A stretch of 64,000 bases of DNA, taken from NCBI GenBank assembly GCA_965223415.1, contig OZ245002.1:2092388-2156387 (forward strand). The letters run 5' to 3'. The DNA is from Myxococcota bacterium (lineage in GTDB: Bacteria > Myxococcota_A > UBA9160 > UBA6930). Shown here piece by piece: positions 27,997 to 37,325 of the stretch. A program made the position numbers and the translations under genes. Position 1 is the first letter of the stretch. Each line of letters opens with the position of its first letter. The notes beneath the pieces were generated by a model that was not told the origin of the DNA, ran no database searches, and saw nothing but the letters and a program-made list of their open reading frames with translations.

Positions 27997-29040
27997 TTGG
28001 TCGAGACAGGATCCGCACTGCTGGTGGTGCTGGGATGCCTCGCGCTCCTGCGCGTCGCGCTCCAGTGGACAGGACTCGCCGGCGCCGGAACGAAGCGCCG
28101 GAGCCTGCGGGTGGTGGAGAGCTGCGCCCTCGGCTCGCGACAGCGTCTCCACGTGGTCGAGGTGGCGGGCGAGCGCCTGCTGGTCGGCTCCAGCGAGAAG
28201 GGGCTCTCGATGCTGAAGAGCCTGCCGGAAGCCGCCCCGCCCGAGGCGCAAGCGGCACCGGACCCGGAGGTCGAGCGCACGCCGCCGCCGCCGCGCCCGT
28301 TGCGTCGCCTGCTCCAGGCGCTGGGCGGCTTCGCCCTGCTCCTGCTGTTCAGCGATCCCGCCCTGGCCGAGAGCGGCCTGACGATCCAGCTCGAGGGCCT
28401 CGACGAGCCGGAGCAGCTGAGCTCGACCCTCGAGATGGTGGCGTTCTTCACCCTGGTCGGCGTCGCTCCTTCCATCCTGCTGATGGCGACCAGCTTCACG
28501 CGCATCGTCATCGTGCTGGCCTTCCTACGCCAGGCGATCGGCGTGCAGCACCTCCCGCCGAACCAGGTGCTCGTGGGGCTGGCGCTCTTCACCACGCTCT
28601 TCGTCATGGCGCCCCTGGGCGAGCAGATCCGTGTCGACGCCTACGAGCCCTACGTGGCCGAGAAGATCGACGCCTCCGAGGCCGCCGCCAAGGCCATGGG
28701 CCCCGTGCGCGGCTTCCTGCTCCAGTCCACGCAGGAGCAGGACCTGAACCTCTTCCTGGAGATCTCCGGCACGGGCGCGGTGGAAGATCTGGCCGACGTG
28801 CCCATCACGACGCTGCTTCCCTCCTACATGCTGAGCGAGCTGCGCACGGCCTTCGAGATCGGCTTCATGATCTACCTGCCCTTCCTGGTGATCGACCTCG
28901 TGATCGCCTCGATGCTCATCTCCATGGGCATGATCGTGCTGCCGCCGATCGTGATCTCCCTCCCCTTCAAACTGATGCTCTTCGTGCTGCTCGACGGATG
29001 GAATCTGGTGCTCGGCTCGCTGATCAGCGGGCTGCGCTGA
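27997..29040 (+). CDS. fliP: FliO-FliP in one reading frame (fusion, or FliP nested from the internal TTG at 28300)
   Basis: TTG start follows gaggagggga. The first 80 aa or so are FliO-like (TM plus LRVVESCALGSRQRLHVVEVAGERLLVG). A Pro-rich linker leads to a FliP signal peptide and the mature FliP domain (MATSFTRIVIVLAFLRQA..., GFMIYLPFLVIDLV). No stop separates them. Confidence 0.85.
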   Translation: MVETGSALLVVLGCLALLRVALQWTGLAGAGTKRRSLRVVESCALGSRQRLHVVEVAGERLLVGSSEKGLSMLKSLPEAAPPEAQAAPDPEVERTPPPPRPLRRLLQALGGFALLLLFSDPALAESGLTIQLEGLDEPEQLSSTLEMVAFFTLVGVAPSILLMATSFTRIVIVLAFLRQAIGVQHLPPNQVLVGLALFTTLFVMAPLGEQIRVDAYEPYVAEKIDASEAAAKAMGPVRGFLLQSTQEQDLNLFLEISGTGAVEDLADVPITTLLPSYMLSELRTAFEIGFMIYLPFLVIDLVIASMLISMGMIVLPPIVISLPFKLMLFVLLDGWNLVLGSLISGLR

Positions 29041-29050
29041 AGGAGGAACG

Positions 29051-29320
29051 ATGGACATCGGGCAAGTCAGTGCGCTCCTGCAGGAGACGATCCGCATCAG
29101 CTTGGTGCTCGCGGCGCCGATCCTGGCCACCGCGCTGCTCTCGGGCCTGGTGGTCTCGATCTTCCAGGCGGCCACCCAGGTGAACGAGCAGACCCTCTCC
29201 TTCGTGCCGAAGATCGTCCTCACCCTGGGCGTCTTCGCCTTCACCTTTCCCTGGGTCATGGCGAGCCTCGTCGATTTCGGCAACCGGTTGATGAGCCAGG
29301 TGGCTGCGGGGGGCCCGTGA
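29051..29320 (+). CDS. fliQ: flagellar export apparatus protein FliQ
   Basis: 89 aa with the FQAATQVNEQTLSFVPK motif. Confidence 0.9.
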   Translation: MDIGQVSALLQETIRISLVLAAPILATALLSGLVVSIFQAATQVNEQTLSFVPKIVLTLGVFAFTFPWVMASLVDFGNRLMSQVAAGGP

Positions 29321-30087
29321 CGGTTCCGCTGGACGAGACCTGGTCCTTCGCGCTGGTGATGGTCCGCATCGTCGCGCTCTTCGTGACGGCGCCGCTCTTC
29401 AGCCACGCGCTGATCCCGATGCGGGTGCGGGCCGGGCTCGCCTTCGCCGTGGCTCTGGCGGCCGGCACGCGCTTCGGCGAGGCGCCGGACCCGGCCCTGC
29501 TGAGCGGCGCCGAGGCGACGGCCCTCGTGGTGCGAGAGGCCCTCGTCGGCATCCTCCTGGGCTTCGCCTCGGGGCTCGTCTTCAGCGGGCTGGCGCTGAT
29601 GGGGGAGTTCGCGTCGATCCAGGGCGGCCTGGGCGCGGCCACCGTCCTCGATCCGATGAGCGGCTCGTCCTCGGTGGTGCTCACCTCGATGATCCAGCTC
29701 TTCGGCGTGCTGACCTTCCTGGCCATCGACGGCCACCACGAGGTGCTGCGGGGCCTCGCGCTCTCCTTCGCCGTCTTCCCGGTGGGCCAGATGACGATGG
29801 ACGTGGCGGCCTTCGAGACCGTGGCGAAGCTCGGCAGCGTGATCTTCCGGGTGGCGGTCCATCTGGCCGCACCGATCACCGCTGCGATGGTGATCTCGAA
29901 CGTCGCGGTGGGCATCCTCGGGCGGGCGATTCCTCAGTTGAACCTGATGGCGTTGCAGCTTCCCGCCCACGTGGCGACCACCCTGCTCATCCTCGGCCTG
30001 GGCGCGGCCCCGCTCACCGACGTCATGGCCCGCACCCTGCGTGGCTTCACCGACGAAGCGATCGGCGCGGTCCTCGGAGTACGTTAG
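29317..30087 (+). CDS. fliR: flagellar export apparatus protein FliR
   Basis: 256 aa, polytopic, in FliR position and showing FliR motifs (FALVMVRI, ALQLP). Confidence 0.9.
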   Translation: MTVPLDETWSFALVMVRIVALFVTAPLFSHALIPMRVRAGLAFAVALAAGTRFGEAPDPALLSGAEATALVVREALVGILLGFASGLVFSGLALMGEFASIQGGLGAATVLDPMSGSSSVVLTSMIQLFGVLTFLAIDGHHEVLRGLALSFAVFPVGQMTMDVAAFETVAKLGSVIFRVAVHLAAPITAAMVISNVAVGILGRAIPQLNLMALQLPAHVATTLLILGLGAAPLTDVMARTLRGFTDEAIGAVLGVR

Positions 30088-31176
30088 GTGCCTGAAGAAG
30101 AAGCGGAGCGAACCGAACCGGCGACGCCGAAGCGTCGTCAGGACGCGCGGAACAAGGGTGAAGTGGCCCAGAGCCGCGAGATCCAGCACGTCGTCATTCT
30201 CGGGGTGGCGCTCCTGGCCCTGGGCTCGTTCCTGGGTGGCGGCGTGGTGACCGCGCTGGCGGAGGTGGCCCGTTCCTCGTGGGGTGCGGTGGCGGCGCCG
30301 CCGGAGACCCTCGCCGACTACCGCTCCGTCCTGATCGGCTACGTGCGCTACCCCGCCCTGGCCGTCCTTCCCCTCTTCCTGCTGCTCGCGGCAACCGGCG
30401 CCTTGGCGCAGGTGCTGCAGACCGGGCCCCTGCTGAGCGCCCAGGCGCTGGCTTTCAAGCCGAACCGCATGAGCCCGCTCCAGGGCGTGAAGCGCTTCGT
30501 CAGTCCGGACCGCCTCTTCGATCTGGCCAAGGCGATCCTCAAGATCACCATCGTCGGCGCCGTCGGCTGGGCCGTGATCGGGGGCGAAATCGATCGCGTG
30601 ATCGGCCTTGCCGACGTGGACATCGGGCCCGGCCTCGCGACCCTCGGAATGCTGGTCCGCCGGCTGGCCATCGCCATCCTCGCGGTGCTGGCGGTGATGG
30701 CGGTCGGCGATCTCCTCTACCAGCGTTGGCGCTACGAGAAGCGGCTGCGCATGAGCAAGCGGGAGGTTCGGGAGGAGGCCAAGCAGCGCGAGGGCAACCC
30801 CCACGTCCGCAGCCGCTTCCGCCAGATGCAGCGCGAGCTCTCGCGCTCGCGGATGATCTCGGCGGTGGCCGACGCCGACGTCGTCGTCACCAACCCGACC
30901 CACTACGCCGTGGCCCTGCGCTACCAGCAGGACGAGATGCGCGCGCCGGAGGTCGTGGCGAAGGGCCGCGGCCACGTGGCCGCCCGCATCCGCGAAGCTG
31001 CCCGGGACGCCGACGTCCCGGTCGTCGAGAACCCGCCGCTGGCGCGGATGCTCCACCAGACCACCGAGGTCGGACACGCCGTGCCGGAGAACCTGTTCCA
31101 GGCGGTGGCCGAGGTGCTGGCCTACGTCTACCGGCTCGATCCGCGTAGGGCGAGCGCCTGGGGGGCTGCCTCGTGA
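30088..31176 (+). CDS. flhB: flagellar export switch protein FlhB
   Basis: 362 aa with N-terminal EKTE-like TEPATPKRRQDARNKG and the autocleavage motif NPTH (VVTNPTHYAVAL). Confidence 0.9.
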   Translation: MPEEEAERTEPATPKRRQDARNKGEVAQSREIQHVVILGVALLALGSFLGGGVVTALAEVARSSWGAVAAPPETLADYRSVLIGYVRYPALAVLPLFLLLAATGALAQVLQTGPLLSAQALAFKPNRMSPLQGVKRFVSPDRLFDLAKAILKITIVGAVGWAVIGGEIDRVIGLADVDIGPGLATLGMLVRRLAIAILAVLAVMAVGDLLYQRWRYEKRLRMSKREVREEAKQREGNPHVRSRFRQMQRELSRSRMISAVADADVVVTNPTHYAVALRYQQDEMRAPEVVAKGRGHVAARIREAARDADVPVVENPPLARMLHQTTEVGHAVPENLFQAVAEVLAYVYRLDPRRASAWGAAS

Positions 31177-33248
31177 GGGGCGCACGAAGCGAGCTGCTGC
31201 TGGCCGGAACCTTCTTCTGGATCCTGGCGCTCTTGATCGTGCCGCTGCCGCCGGCGCTGCTCGATCTCTTCCTGTCGCTCTCGATCACCATCTCGCTGAT
31301 CATCCTGCTGATCGCGCTCTACGTGGAGAAGCCCCTCGACTTCTCCGTCTTCCCCTCTTTGCTGCTGATCGTGACGCTCTCGCGGCTGGGCCTGAACGTC
31401 GCGAGCACCCGGCTCATCCTGGTGCGCGGTCCGGAGGGCTCCGACGCCGCCGGCCGCGTGATCCAGGCCTTCGGAGACATCGCCGTCGGCGGCAACTACC
31501 TGGTCGGCATCATCCTGTTCCTGATCTTCGTGATCATCAACTTCGTGGTCATCTCGAAGGGCTCGGGCCGAATCGCCGAGGTCGCCGCCCGCTTCACCCT
31601 GGACGCCATGCCCGGCAAGCAGATGGCGATCGACGCGGACCTGAACCAGGGCATCCTGGACGAACGCGAGGCCAAGGATCGGCGACGGGAGATCCAGCGC
31701 GAGTCGGATTTCTACGGCGCGATGGACGGCGCCAGCAAGTTCGTGAAGGGCGACGCCATCGCCGGCCTGGTGATCATGGCGGTGAACATCCTGGGAGGCC
31801 TCGCCGTCGGCGTAGTGCAGGGCGGCATGGCCCTCGGCGACGCGGTGGAGACCTACACGCTGCTGACCGTGGGCGACGGCCTGGTCGGGCAGGTCCCCGC
31901 GCTGATCGTCTCCACCGCCGCCGGCATGGTCGTCACCCGGGCGGCCGCCGGCGACACGCTCTCCGCCGAGCTCGGCACCCAGGTCGTGATGCAGCCCCGC
32001 GCGATGTACGGCGCCGCCGGCATGCTCGGTGTGCTGGCCTTGGTGCCGGGCTTCCCGTTCGCGCCCTTCGCCGGGCTCGCCGCCGGCGCGGCCTACATCG
32101 CTCGCCAGATGAACCAGAAGCAGCAGCAGGAGGAGCCCATGGAGCCGCCGGCCGAGACCACCGAGCCCGCCGTGACCGAGGAAGAGGAAGTGCGCGGCGC
32201 GCTGGCCCTCGACGACCTCGAGCTCGAGATCGGCTACGGGCTGATCCCCCTGGTGGACCCGGACCGCGGCGGCGACCTGCTGCCCCGGGTGCGCGCCATG
32301 CGCAAGCAGCTCGCGACGGAGCTGGGCTTCGTGATCCCGCTGATCCACATTCGCGACAACCTGCAGCTCGAGCCCGGCGAGTACGCGATCCTGGTGCGGG
32401 GCAACCAGGTGGCGCGCTCGAGGATTCCGCCCGGTCGTCTGCTCGCGATCCAGCCCGGCGAGGGCGCCCCGGAGATCCCGGGCATCGCGACCAAGGATCC
32501 GGCCTTCGGCCTGCCCGCGATCTGGATCCAGGATCGGGACAAGGAGCGCGCCACCACGGCCGGCTACGCGGTGGTCGACTCGGCCTCCGCCCTCGCGACG
32601 CACCTGGCCGAGACGATCCGCCGCTTCGCGCCGGAGCTCCTGACCCGCGCCCAGGTGATGGAGCTGCTCGACGCTTTCTCGCGCCAGTCGCCGAAGGTGG
32701 TGGAGGACATCGTGCCGGCGCTGGTCAGCGTGTCGGTGCTGCACCGCACCCTGCGCCAGCTCCTGGAGGAGGGCGTGTCGATCCGCGACGTCGGCGCCAT
32801 CCTCGAGACCCTCGCCGAGTATTCCGGCAAGATCGAGGATCCGGACCTGCAAACGGATCTCGTGCGGGAGCGCCTCGGCCGCACCATCACCCGACCGCTG
32901 CTCGAGCCCGACGGTACGCTCAAGGTGCTCACCCTCGAGCCCGGGCTGGAGGAGAGCCTCAAGAGCGGCGTCCAGCGTTCCCAGGGCGGCTCCTTCCTGG
33001 CGGTGGATCCGGGCACGCTGGACCGGCTGGTGAGGGGGGTCGAGGCGCGGCTCCAGGGTCTGCCCGCCGGAAGCGACCGCGGGCCGGTGCTGCTCTCGCC
33101 CCAGCAGCTCCGCTCGCCCCTGCGCCAGCTGCTCTCGCGCAGCGCGCCGCAGGTGGCGGTGGTGTCTCACAACGAGCTGCCGCCGGACGTTCGCATCGTC
33201 GCGGCGGGACAAGTGGAGCTGGCGGATGCCCAACCGGCCTTCTCTTGA
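31173..33248 (+). CDS. flhA: flagellar export gate protein FlhA
   Basis: 691 aa with FHIPEP motifs (ARFTLDAMPGKQMAIDADL, GAMDGASKFVKGDA). Confidence 0.95.
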   Translation: MRGARSELLLAGTFFWILALLIVPLPPALLDLFLSLSITISLIILLIALYVEKPLDFSVFPSLLLIVTLSRLGLNVASTRLILVRGPEGSDAAGRVIQAFGDIAVGGNYLVGIILFLIFVIINFVVISKGSGRIAEVAARFTLDAMPGKQMAIDADLNQGILDEREAKDRRREIQRESDFYGAMDGASKFVKGDAIAGLVIMAVNILGGLAVGVVQGGMALGDAVETYTLLTVGDGLVGQVPALIVSTAAGMVVTRAAAGDTLSAELGTQVVMQPRAMYGAAGMLGVLALVPGFPFAPFAGLAAGAAYIARQMNQKQQQEEPMEPPAETTEPAVTEEEEVRGALALDDLELEIGYGLIPLVDPDRGGDLLPRVRAMRKQLATELGFVIPLIHIRDNLQLEPGEYAILVRGNQVARSRIPPGRLLAIQPGEGAPEIPGIATKDPAFGLPAIWIQDRDKERATTAGYAVVDSASALATHLAETIRRFAPELLTRAQVMELLDAFSRQSPKVVEDIVPALVSVSVLHRTLRQLLEEGVSIRDVGAILETLAEYSGKIEDPDLQTDLVRERLGRTITRPLLEPDGTLKVLTLEPGLEESLKSGVQRSQGGSFLAVDPGTLDRLVRGVEARLQGLPAGSDRGPVLLSPQQLRSPLRQLLSRSAPQVAVVSHNELPPDVRIVAAGQVELADAQPAFS

Positions 33249-33264
33249 GACGGGGGACTGACCC

Positions 33265-34413
33265 GTGCACATCAAACGCTTCGAAGCGCCGACCATGCCC
33301 GAGGCGATCGCCCAGATCCGAGAGGAGCTGGGTCCGGAGGCACTGATCCTGCAGACGCGGCAGGTCCGTCGAGAGGGGGTGTTCGGCATGCTGGCCCGTC
33401 CCGTCGTCGAGGTGACGGCGGCGGTGGATCGGGATCACGCGCGCAGCCGCGCTGCCGCCGCCGGGCCCGAGCAGCGCAGCTGGCGCGAGATCCAGATCGC
33501 GCGGACACTGATGGAGCCGATCGAATCCGAGGTGAAGTCGGTGCGGCGCTCGGTGGACGCGCTGACCGGCGGCGCCCAAGGCACGCTCACCATCGCCGCC
33601 GAGGTCGCCGAGCTGCGCCAGATGGTCGCCGACCTGAGGCGTCCCTCCCTCGTCGGCGGGCGGACCCTGCTCGCCGCGCTCCTTTCCTCCGGGCTCGAGC
33701 CGCGCCACGCCTTCGCGCTCGCCGCGGAAGCGGAGACCCTCCAAGGTGTCGAGGCCCACGAAGCCTGCGTCGCCAGCCTGGCCTCGCGTCTCGAGGCACG
33801 GCTGCGTCCCGAGCGCGACGACGACCCGGCGGTGACGATGGTGGTGGGGCCGACCGGGGTCGGCAAGACGACGAGCCTCGCCAAGGTGGCCGGCCTGCGA
33901 TGCGGGGTGCGGCGCGGGCTCGCGGTGGTGACGACCGATGCCCATCGCTACGGCGCCGAGCTGCTGCTCCGCCGCTTCGCCCGGGACCTGGAGGTGCCCT
34001 TCGACGTGGCGGTGTCTCCCGAGTCCCTGGGCGAGCGCGCCCGGCACTTCGCGAGGCGACGGCTCTTCGTGGATACGGCGGGCCGCAGCCCGAGCGATTC
34101 GGGCGGTCTCCCGGAGCTTCGGGCCCTGCGCGAGGCGCTTCCCGAGGACGCCCAGGTGCAGCTCGTGGTCTCCGCGACGACGAAGCAGGAGGACCTGCGG
34201 GCCCAGGTGGCCCGTTTCCGACCCCTCGAGCCGGACGCGCTGATCGTGACCAAGACCGACGAGAGCACGGATCTCACCAACGTCGTGAACCTGCTGCTCG
34301 ACGAGGAGTCGCCGCCGCTCACCTGGTTCGGCGTGGGACAGAAGGTCCCGAGCGACCTGCGGGTCCCGGATCCGCGGGAGCTCGCCCTGGGCGTCCTGGG
34401 GACAGCGGCGTGA
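33265..34413 (+). CDS. flhF: flagellar SRP-type GTPase FlhF
   Basis: 382 aa with G1 GPTGVGKTT, G3 DTAGR and G4 TKTDE. Confidence 0.85.
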   Translation: MHIKRFEAPTMPEAIAQIREELGPEALILQTRQVRREGVFGMLARPVVEVTAAVDRDHARSRAAAAGPEQRSWREIQIARTLMEPIESEVKSVRRSVDALTGGAQGTLTIAAEVAELRQMVADLRRPSLVGGRTLLAALLSSGLEPRHAFALAAEAETLQGVEAHEACVASLASRLEARLRPERDDDPAVTMVVGPTGVGKTTSLAKVAGLRCGVRRGLAVVTTDAHRYGAELLLRRFARDLEVPFDVAVSPESLGERARHFARRRLFVDTAGRSPSDSGGLPELRALREALPEDAQVQLVVSATTKQEDLRAQVARFRPLEPDALIVTKTDESTDLTNVVNLLLDEESPPLTWFGVGQKVPSDLRVPDPRELALGVLGTAA

Positions 34414-35201
34414 GGGGCGCGCGTCTCGTCTCGGTGGTGAGCGGCAAGGGAGGCGTCGGCAAGACGAATCTCGTCGCGAACCTGGCGGTCTCTGCCGCCG
34501 GCCAGGGAGCCCGCGTGCTCGTGGTGGACGGCGATCTCGGCCTCTCGAACGTGGACGTGCTGCTCGGTCTCACGCCGCCGCGCACGGTTGCTGACGTGCT
34601 GGAAGGCCGCTGCAGCTTCGAGGAGGCGCTGCTCGAGGGACCGCGGGGCATCCACCTGCTTCCCGCCGCGTCCGGAAGGATGGACCTACCCGCCTGTCGT
34701 CCTGACGATCTGGCGGCGCTGCTGCTTCCCCTCTTCGAGGCGGCGTCCCGCTACGACCTGGTGCTGGTCGACGGCGGCGCCGGCGTCGGACCGGCGGTGG
34801 TCAGCCTGGCTGCGGCCTGCGATCGGGCGCTGCTCGTCGTGACCCGCGATCCCACCTGTCTGGCGGACGCCTATGCGACGTTGAAGGTGCTGGCCCGGGA
34901 GGCGCCGAGCCTTCGGGTCGAGGTGCTCGTGAACCTGGCGCGAGGCGAGCTGGAGGCCCGTGCGACCCACGCCCGTCTCGACCGGGTGGCCGGGCGCTTC
35001 CTCGGCACCCACCCGCCCTTTCGGGGCTACCTGCCCGTCGACCCGCGCCTCGCGGAGGCGTCGCTCCTGCAGCGGGCGGTCGTGGAGGCCTTCCCTTCCG
35101 CCCCTGCCGCCGAGAAGATCCACGACCTCGCCCGGGACCTGCTCGCCCTGCCGGGTCCGGGCGAGGCTTTGCTTCAACCCTCTCCGAGAGTCACGCCATG
35201 A
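34410..35201 (+). CDS. flhG: MinD-type ATPase FlhG/FleN
   Basis: Deviant Walker A SGKGGVGKT. GTGA overlap with flhF. Confidence 0.85.
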   Translation: MRGARLVSVVSGKGGVGKTNLVANLAVSAAGQGARVLVVDGDLGLSNVDVLLGLTPPRTVADVLEGRCSFEEALLEGPRGIHLLPAASGRMDLPACRPDDLAALLLPLFEAASRYDLVLVDGGAGVGPAVVSLAAACDRALLVVTRDPTCLADAYATLKVLAREAPSLRVEVLVNLARGELEARATHARLDRVAGRFLGTHPPFRGYLPVDPRLAEASLLQRAVVEAFPSAPAAEKIHDLARDLLALPGPGEALLQPSPRVTP

Positions 35202-36052
35202 ACGACCGCCTCAAGCCCTACCTCGCCGTCGTCGGCGATCTCCCCGGCATCCCCGCGATCGCCAGCCAGGTGATGAGCGCCGCCGCCGATCCGAACACCA
35301 GCGCCGACGATCTGCGTCAGGTCATCGAGCGGGATCCGGCGCTCGCCGCGCGCATCCTGAAGGTGGCGAACTCCTCGCTCTACTCTTTCTCGAAAGGGAT
35401 CGAGACGCTGCGGCACGCCATTGCCCTGCTCGGCTTTCGCACGGTCGAGAACCTGGTGATGGCAGCCTCGCTCCGGGACGTCTTCCAGAACTTCGGGCTC
35501 TCGGAGAAGCTGCTGTGGGAGCACTCGACCCTGGCCGGGTCGGTGGCGGCGAAGCTCTCGAGCTATGGGCCGATCGACGTGGACCGCGAGTCCGCCTTCA
35601 CGGCCGGCCTGCTCCACGATCTCGGCAAGATCGCGCTCTCGAACACCGCCCGCGAGAAGTACAACAAGATCATCATGCGGACCTACAACGAGGGCGTGTC
35701 CTTCCGCGACGCCGAGCTGGACGAGTTCGGCTTCGATCACGCGGAGCTGGGCGCTCTGGTGGGCGAGAAGTGGAAGCTCCCGGACCGGCTCGTCCACGCA
35801 ATCCGCTTCCACCACCACGATCCGCTGGAGTACCCGGACGGGCCGCCGGAGGACGGCCGCCTGATCGCGCTCACGGCGGTCGTCACACGCTGCTGCAGCC
35901 GGCTCGGCTACGGAAGGCGAGGCCCCATCGAGGCCATCGACGTGATGGAGCTGCCGGCCTGGAACCACCTCGACCTCGGCACGGCCGACATGGAGCCGAT
36001 CCTCGAGCTCGTGCTCGAGGAGGCGAAGAGCGCGGAGGGTCTGTTCGGCTGA
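35198..36052 (+). CDS. HDOD domain protein
   Basis: 284 aa with HDOD signatures (LPGIPAIASQVMS, LAARILKVANSSLY, AGLLHDLGK, FGFDHAELG). Translationally coupled to flhG. Confidence 0.85.
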   Translation: MNDRLKPYLAVVGDLPGIPAIASQVMSAAADPNTSADDLRQVIERDPALAARILKVANSSLYSFSKGIETLRHAIALLGFRTVENLVMAASLRDVFQNFGLSEKLLWEHSTLAGSVAAKLSSYGPIDVDRESAFTAGLLHDLGKIALSNTAREKYNKIIMRTYNEGVSFRDAELDEFGFDHAELGALVGEKWKLPDRLVHAIRFHHHDPLEYPDGPPEDGRLIALTAVVTRCCSRLGYGRRGPIEAIDVMELPAWNHLDLGTADMEPILELVLEEAKSAEGLFG

Positions 36053-36080
36053 GCGCCGCCGGAACCCACGGAGGTTCGCC

Positions 36081-36368
36081 ATGGAGAGCAACCCGATCCC
36101 CCCCCGTCTTCCCGAGCCCGCGGTCACCCAGGCGCGGGAAGCGGGCCAGCGCCAGGAGGGGCGCCGCCGCTTCGACGAGGAGCGGCGCAAGGCGTTCCGT
36201 CGAGCCAGGGGCGGCGACGCCGGGGGAACGGCCGAGCCGGAGCTCGAGCTTTCGCCGGAGGCCATCGCGTCTCGGGAACGGACACCGCCGCGAGAGCGCG
36301 CTCCGGAGGGCGACACCGCAGAGGAATCCCTGGACGTGCGCGGCCGGCGCCTCGACATCCGCGTCTGA
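36081..36368 (+). CDS. small highly charged hypothetical protein
   Basis: 95-aa ORF preceded by ggagg. Arg/Glu/Pro-rich and low complexity, so coding status is uncertain. Confidence 0.3.
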   Translation: MESNPIPPRLPEPAVTQAREAGQRQEGRRRFDEERRKAFRRARGGDAGGTAEPELELSPEAIASRERTPPRERAPEGDTAEESLDVRGRRLDIRV

Positions 36369-36395
36369 CCCGGGGCCGCGCCATCCCCGTGCAGG

Positions 36396-36415
36396 CTGAA
36401 ACGCGCGTGAAACGG
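36396..36415 (+). promoter_or_regulatory. TGAAACGCG motif pair (candidate enhancer/UAS)
   Basis: ctgaaacgcgcgtgaaacgg, about 130 nt upstream of the flgF sigma54 promoter. Confidence 0.4.
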
Positions 36416-36526
36416 ATGCCGGCGCATGTTGCCACCGGCGAAGGGCCCGGGCGCCGGGAGCGCGTCCGAACGCGCGCGAGAGGGAGCTAGAACGCCCCCA
36501 CCCGGCAGCTTCTTCCCACCGGGTCG

Positions 36527-36542
36527 TGGCACGCGTCTTGCT
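36527..36542 (+). promoter_or_regulatory. sigma54 promoter upstream of flgF
   Basis: TGGCAC-gcgtc-TTGCT, 43 nt upstream of the TTG start at 36585. Confidence 0.7.
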
Positions 36543-36584
36543 CTCCCCTCGTTCGTCAGTTCCCACCCTTCGAGGAGGCCCGCG

Positions 36585-37325
36585 TTGGGTACCGAGCTCT
36601 ACGTCTCGACTTCCGGCGCGGTCTCGCGCTTCCAGCAGCTCGAGATCGTCGCCAACAACCTCGCCAACGTGGACACGCTCGGCTACAAGGCCGATCGTCC
36701 ACAGTTCCAGGCGGCGCTCCAGAGCCAGATCCGCGACGTGGACGGCGAGATCGCGGCGGGGAGTCCGGCTCGCGCCTTCGTGCAGACGGCCGGCGTCGTC
36801 ACCGACCACGGCCTCGGCAACGTGGTGCGCACGGGCCGCCGGCTCGACGCGGCGATCGAAGGCCCCGGCTTCTACGTGATCGATACGGACGCCGGCGCCC
36901 GCTACACCCGCGCCGGATCGTTCATCGCAGATGCCAGCGGCGCCCTCACCACCCTCGACGGGCGCCCGGTGCTGGGCGACGGCGGGCCGATCCAGGTGGG
37001 CGATCGCGCCGCGGAGATCCGCGCCAGCGGCGAGGTGGTGGACGCCCAGGGGGAGGTACTGGGTCGCCTGCGCCTCGAGGCCTTCGAGGATCCGCGCATG
37101 CTGGAGAAGGAAGGCACGAACCTCTTCCGGGCGCCGCCCGAGGCCGTGGGCTTTCCGGTTGATGCGGTGCGCGTCCTGCCCGGCTCCGTGGAGCGCTCGA
37201 ACGTCCGGGCCATCGAGGAGCTCGCCACGATGATGATCCTGCAGAGGGAGTTCGACGCCAGCATGCAGGTGCTGCGTGCCGACGACAACGCCACCGACCA
37301 GCTCATCCGGGAGTTCTCGCAATGA
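36585..37325 (+). CDS. flgF: flagellar proximal rod protein FlgF
   Basis: TTG start follows gaggagg. Carries the N-terminal rod motif IVANNLANVDTLGYK and the C-terminal rod motif (ERSNV...REFDA). Confidence 0.8.
   Translation: MGTELYVSTSGAVSRFQQLEIVANNLANVDTLGYKADRPQFQAALQSQIRDVDGEIAAGSPARAFVQTAGVVTDHGLGNVVRTGRRLDAAIEGPGFYVIDTDAGARYTRAGSFIADASGALTTLDGRPVLGDGGPIQVGDRAAEIRASGEVVDAQGEVLGRLRLEAFEDPRMLEKEGTNLFRAPPEAVGFPVDAVRVLPGSVERSNVRAIEELATMMILQREFDASMQVLRADDNATDQLIREFSQ

Noticed and set aside
28525-31185. Very long antisense ORFs: 886 aa here, plus 47858..50482, 24354..26471, 16524..18683, 31128..33389, 61810..63975 and many others.
   Set aside because: They lie opposite well-supported flagellar or Pse genes and are extremely Arg/Pro/Gly/Ala-rich with no motifs. 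This is the usual stop-codon-poor antisense artefact of high-GC DNA.
36081-36368. The small charged ORF as the anti-sigma factor FlgM.
   Set aside because: It shows no resemblance to the FlgM C-terminal sigma28-binding helices, and no sigma28 is present. It is kept only as a low-confidence hypothetical CDS.
36397-36413. TGAAAC read as an ECF sigma (SigW-type) -35 element.
   Set aside because: None of the copies has a CGT-type -10 element 16-17 nt downstream. Their positions relative to the sigma54 -24/-12 boxes fit an upstream binding site better.
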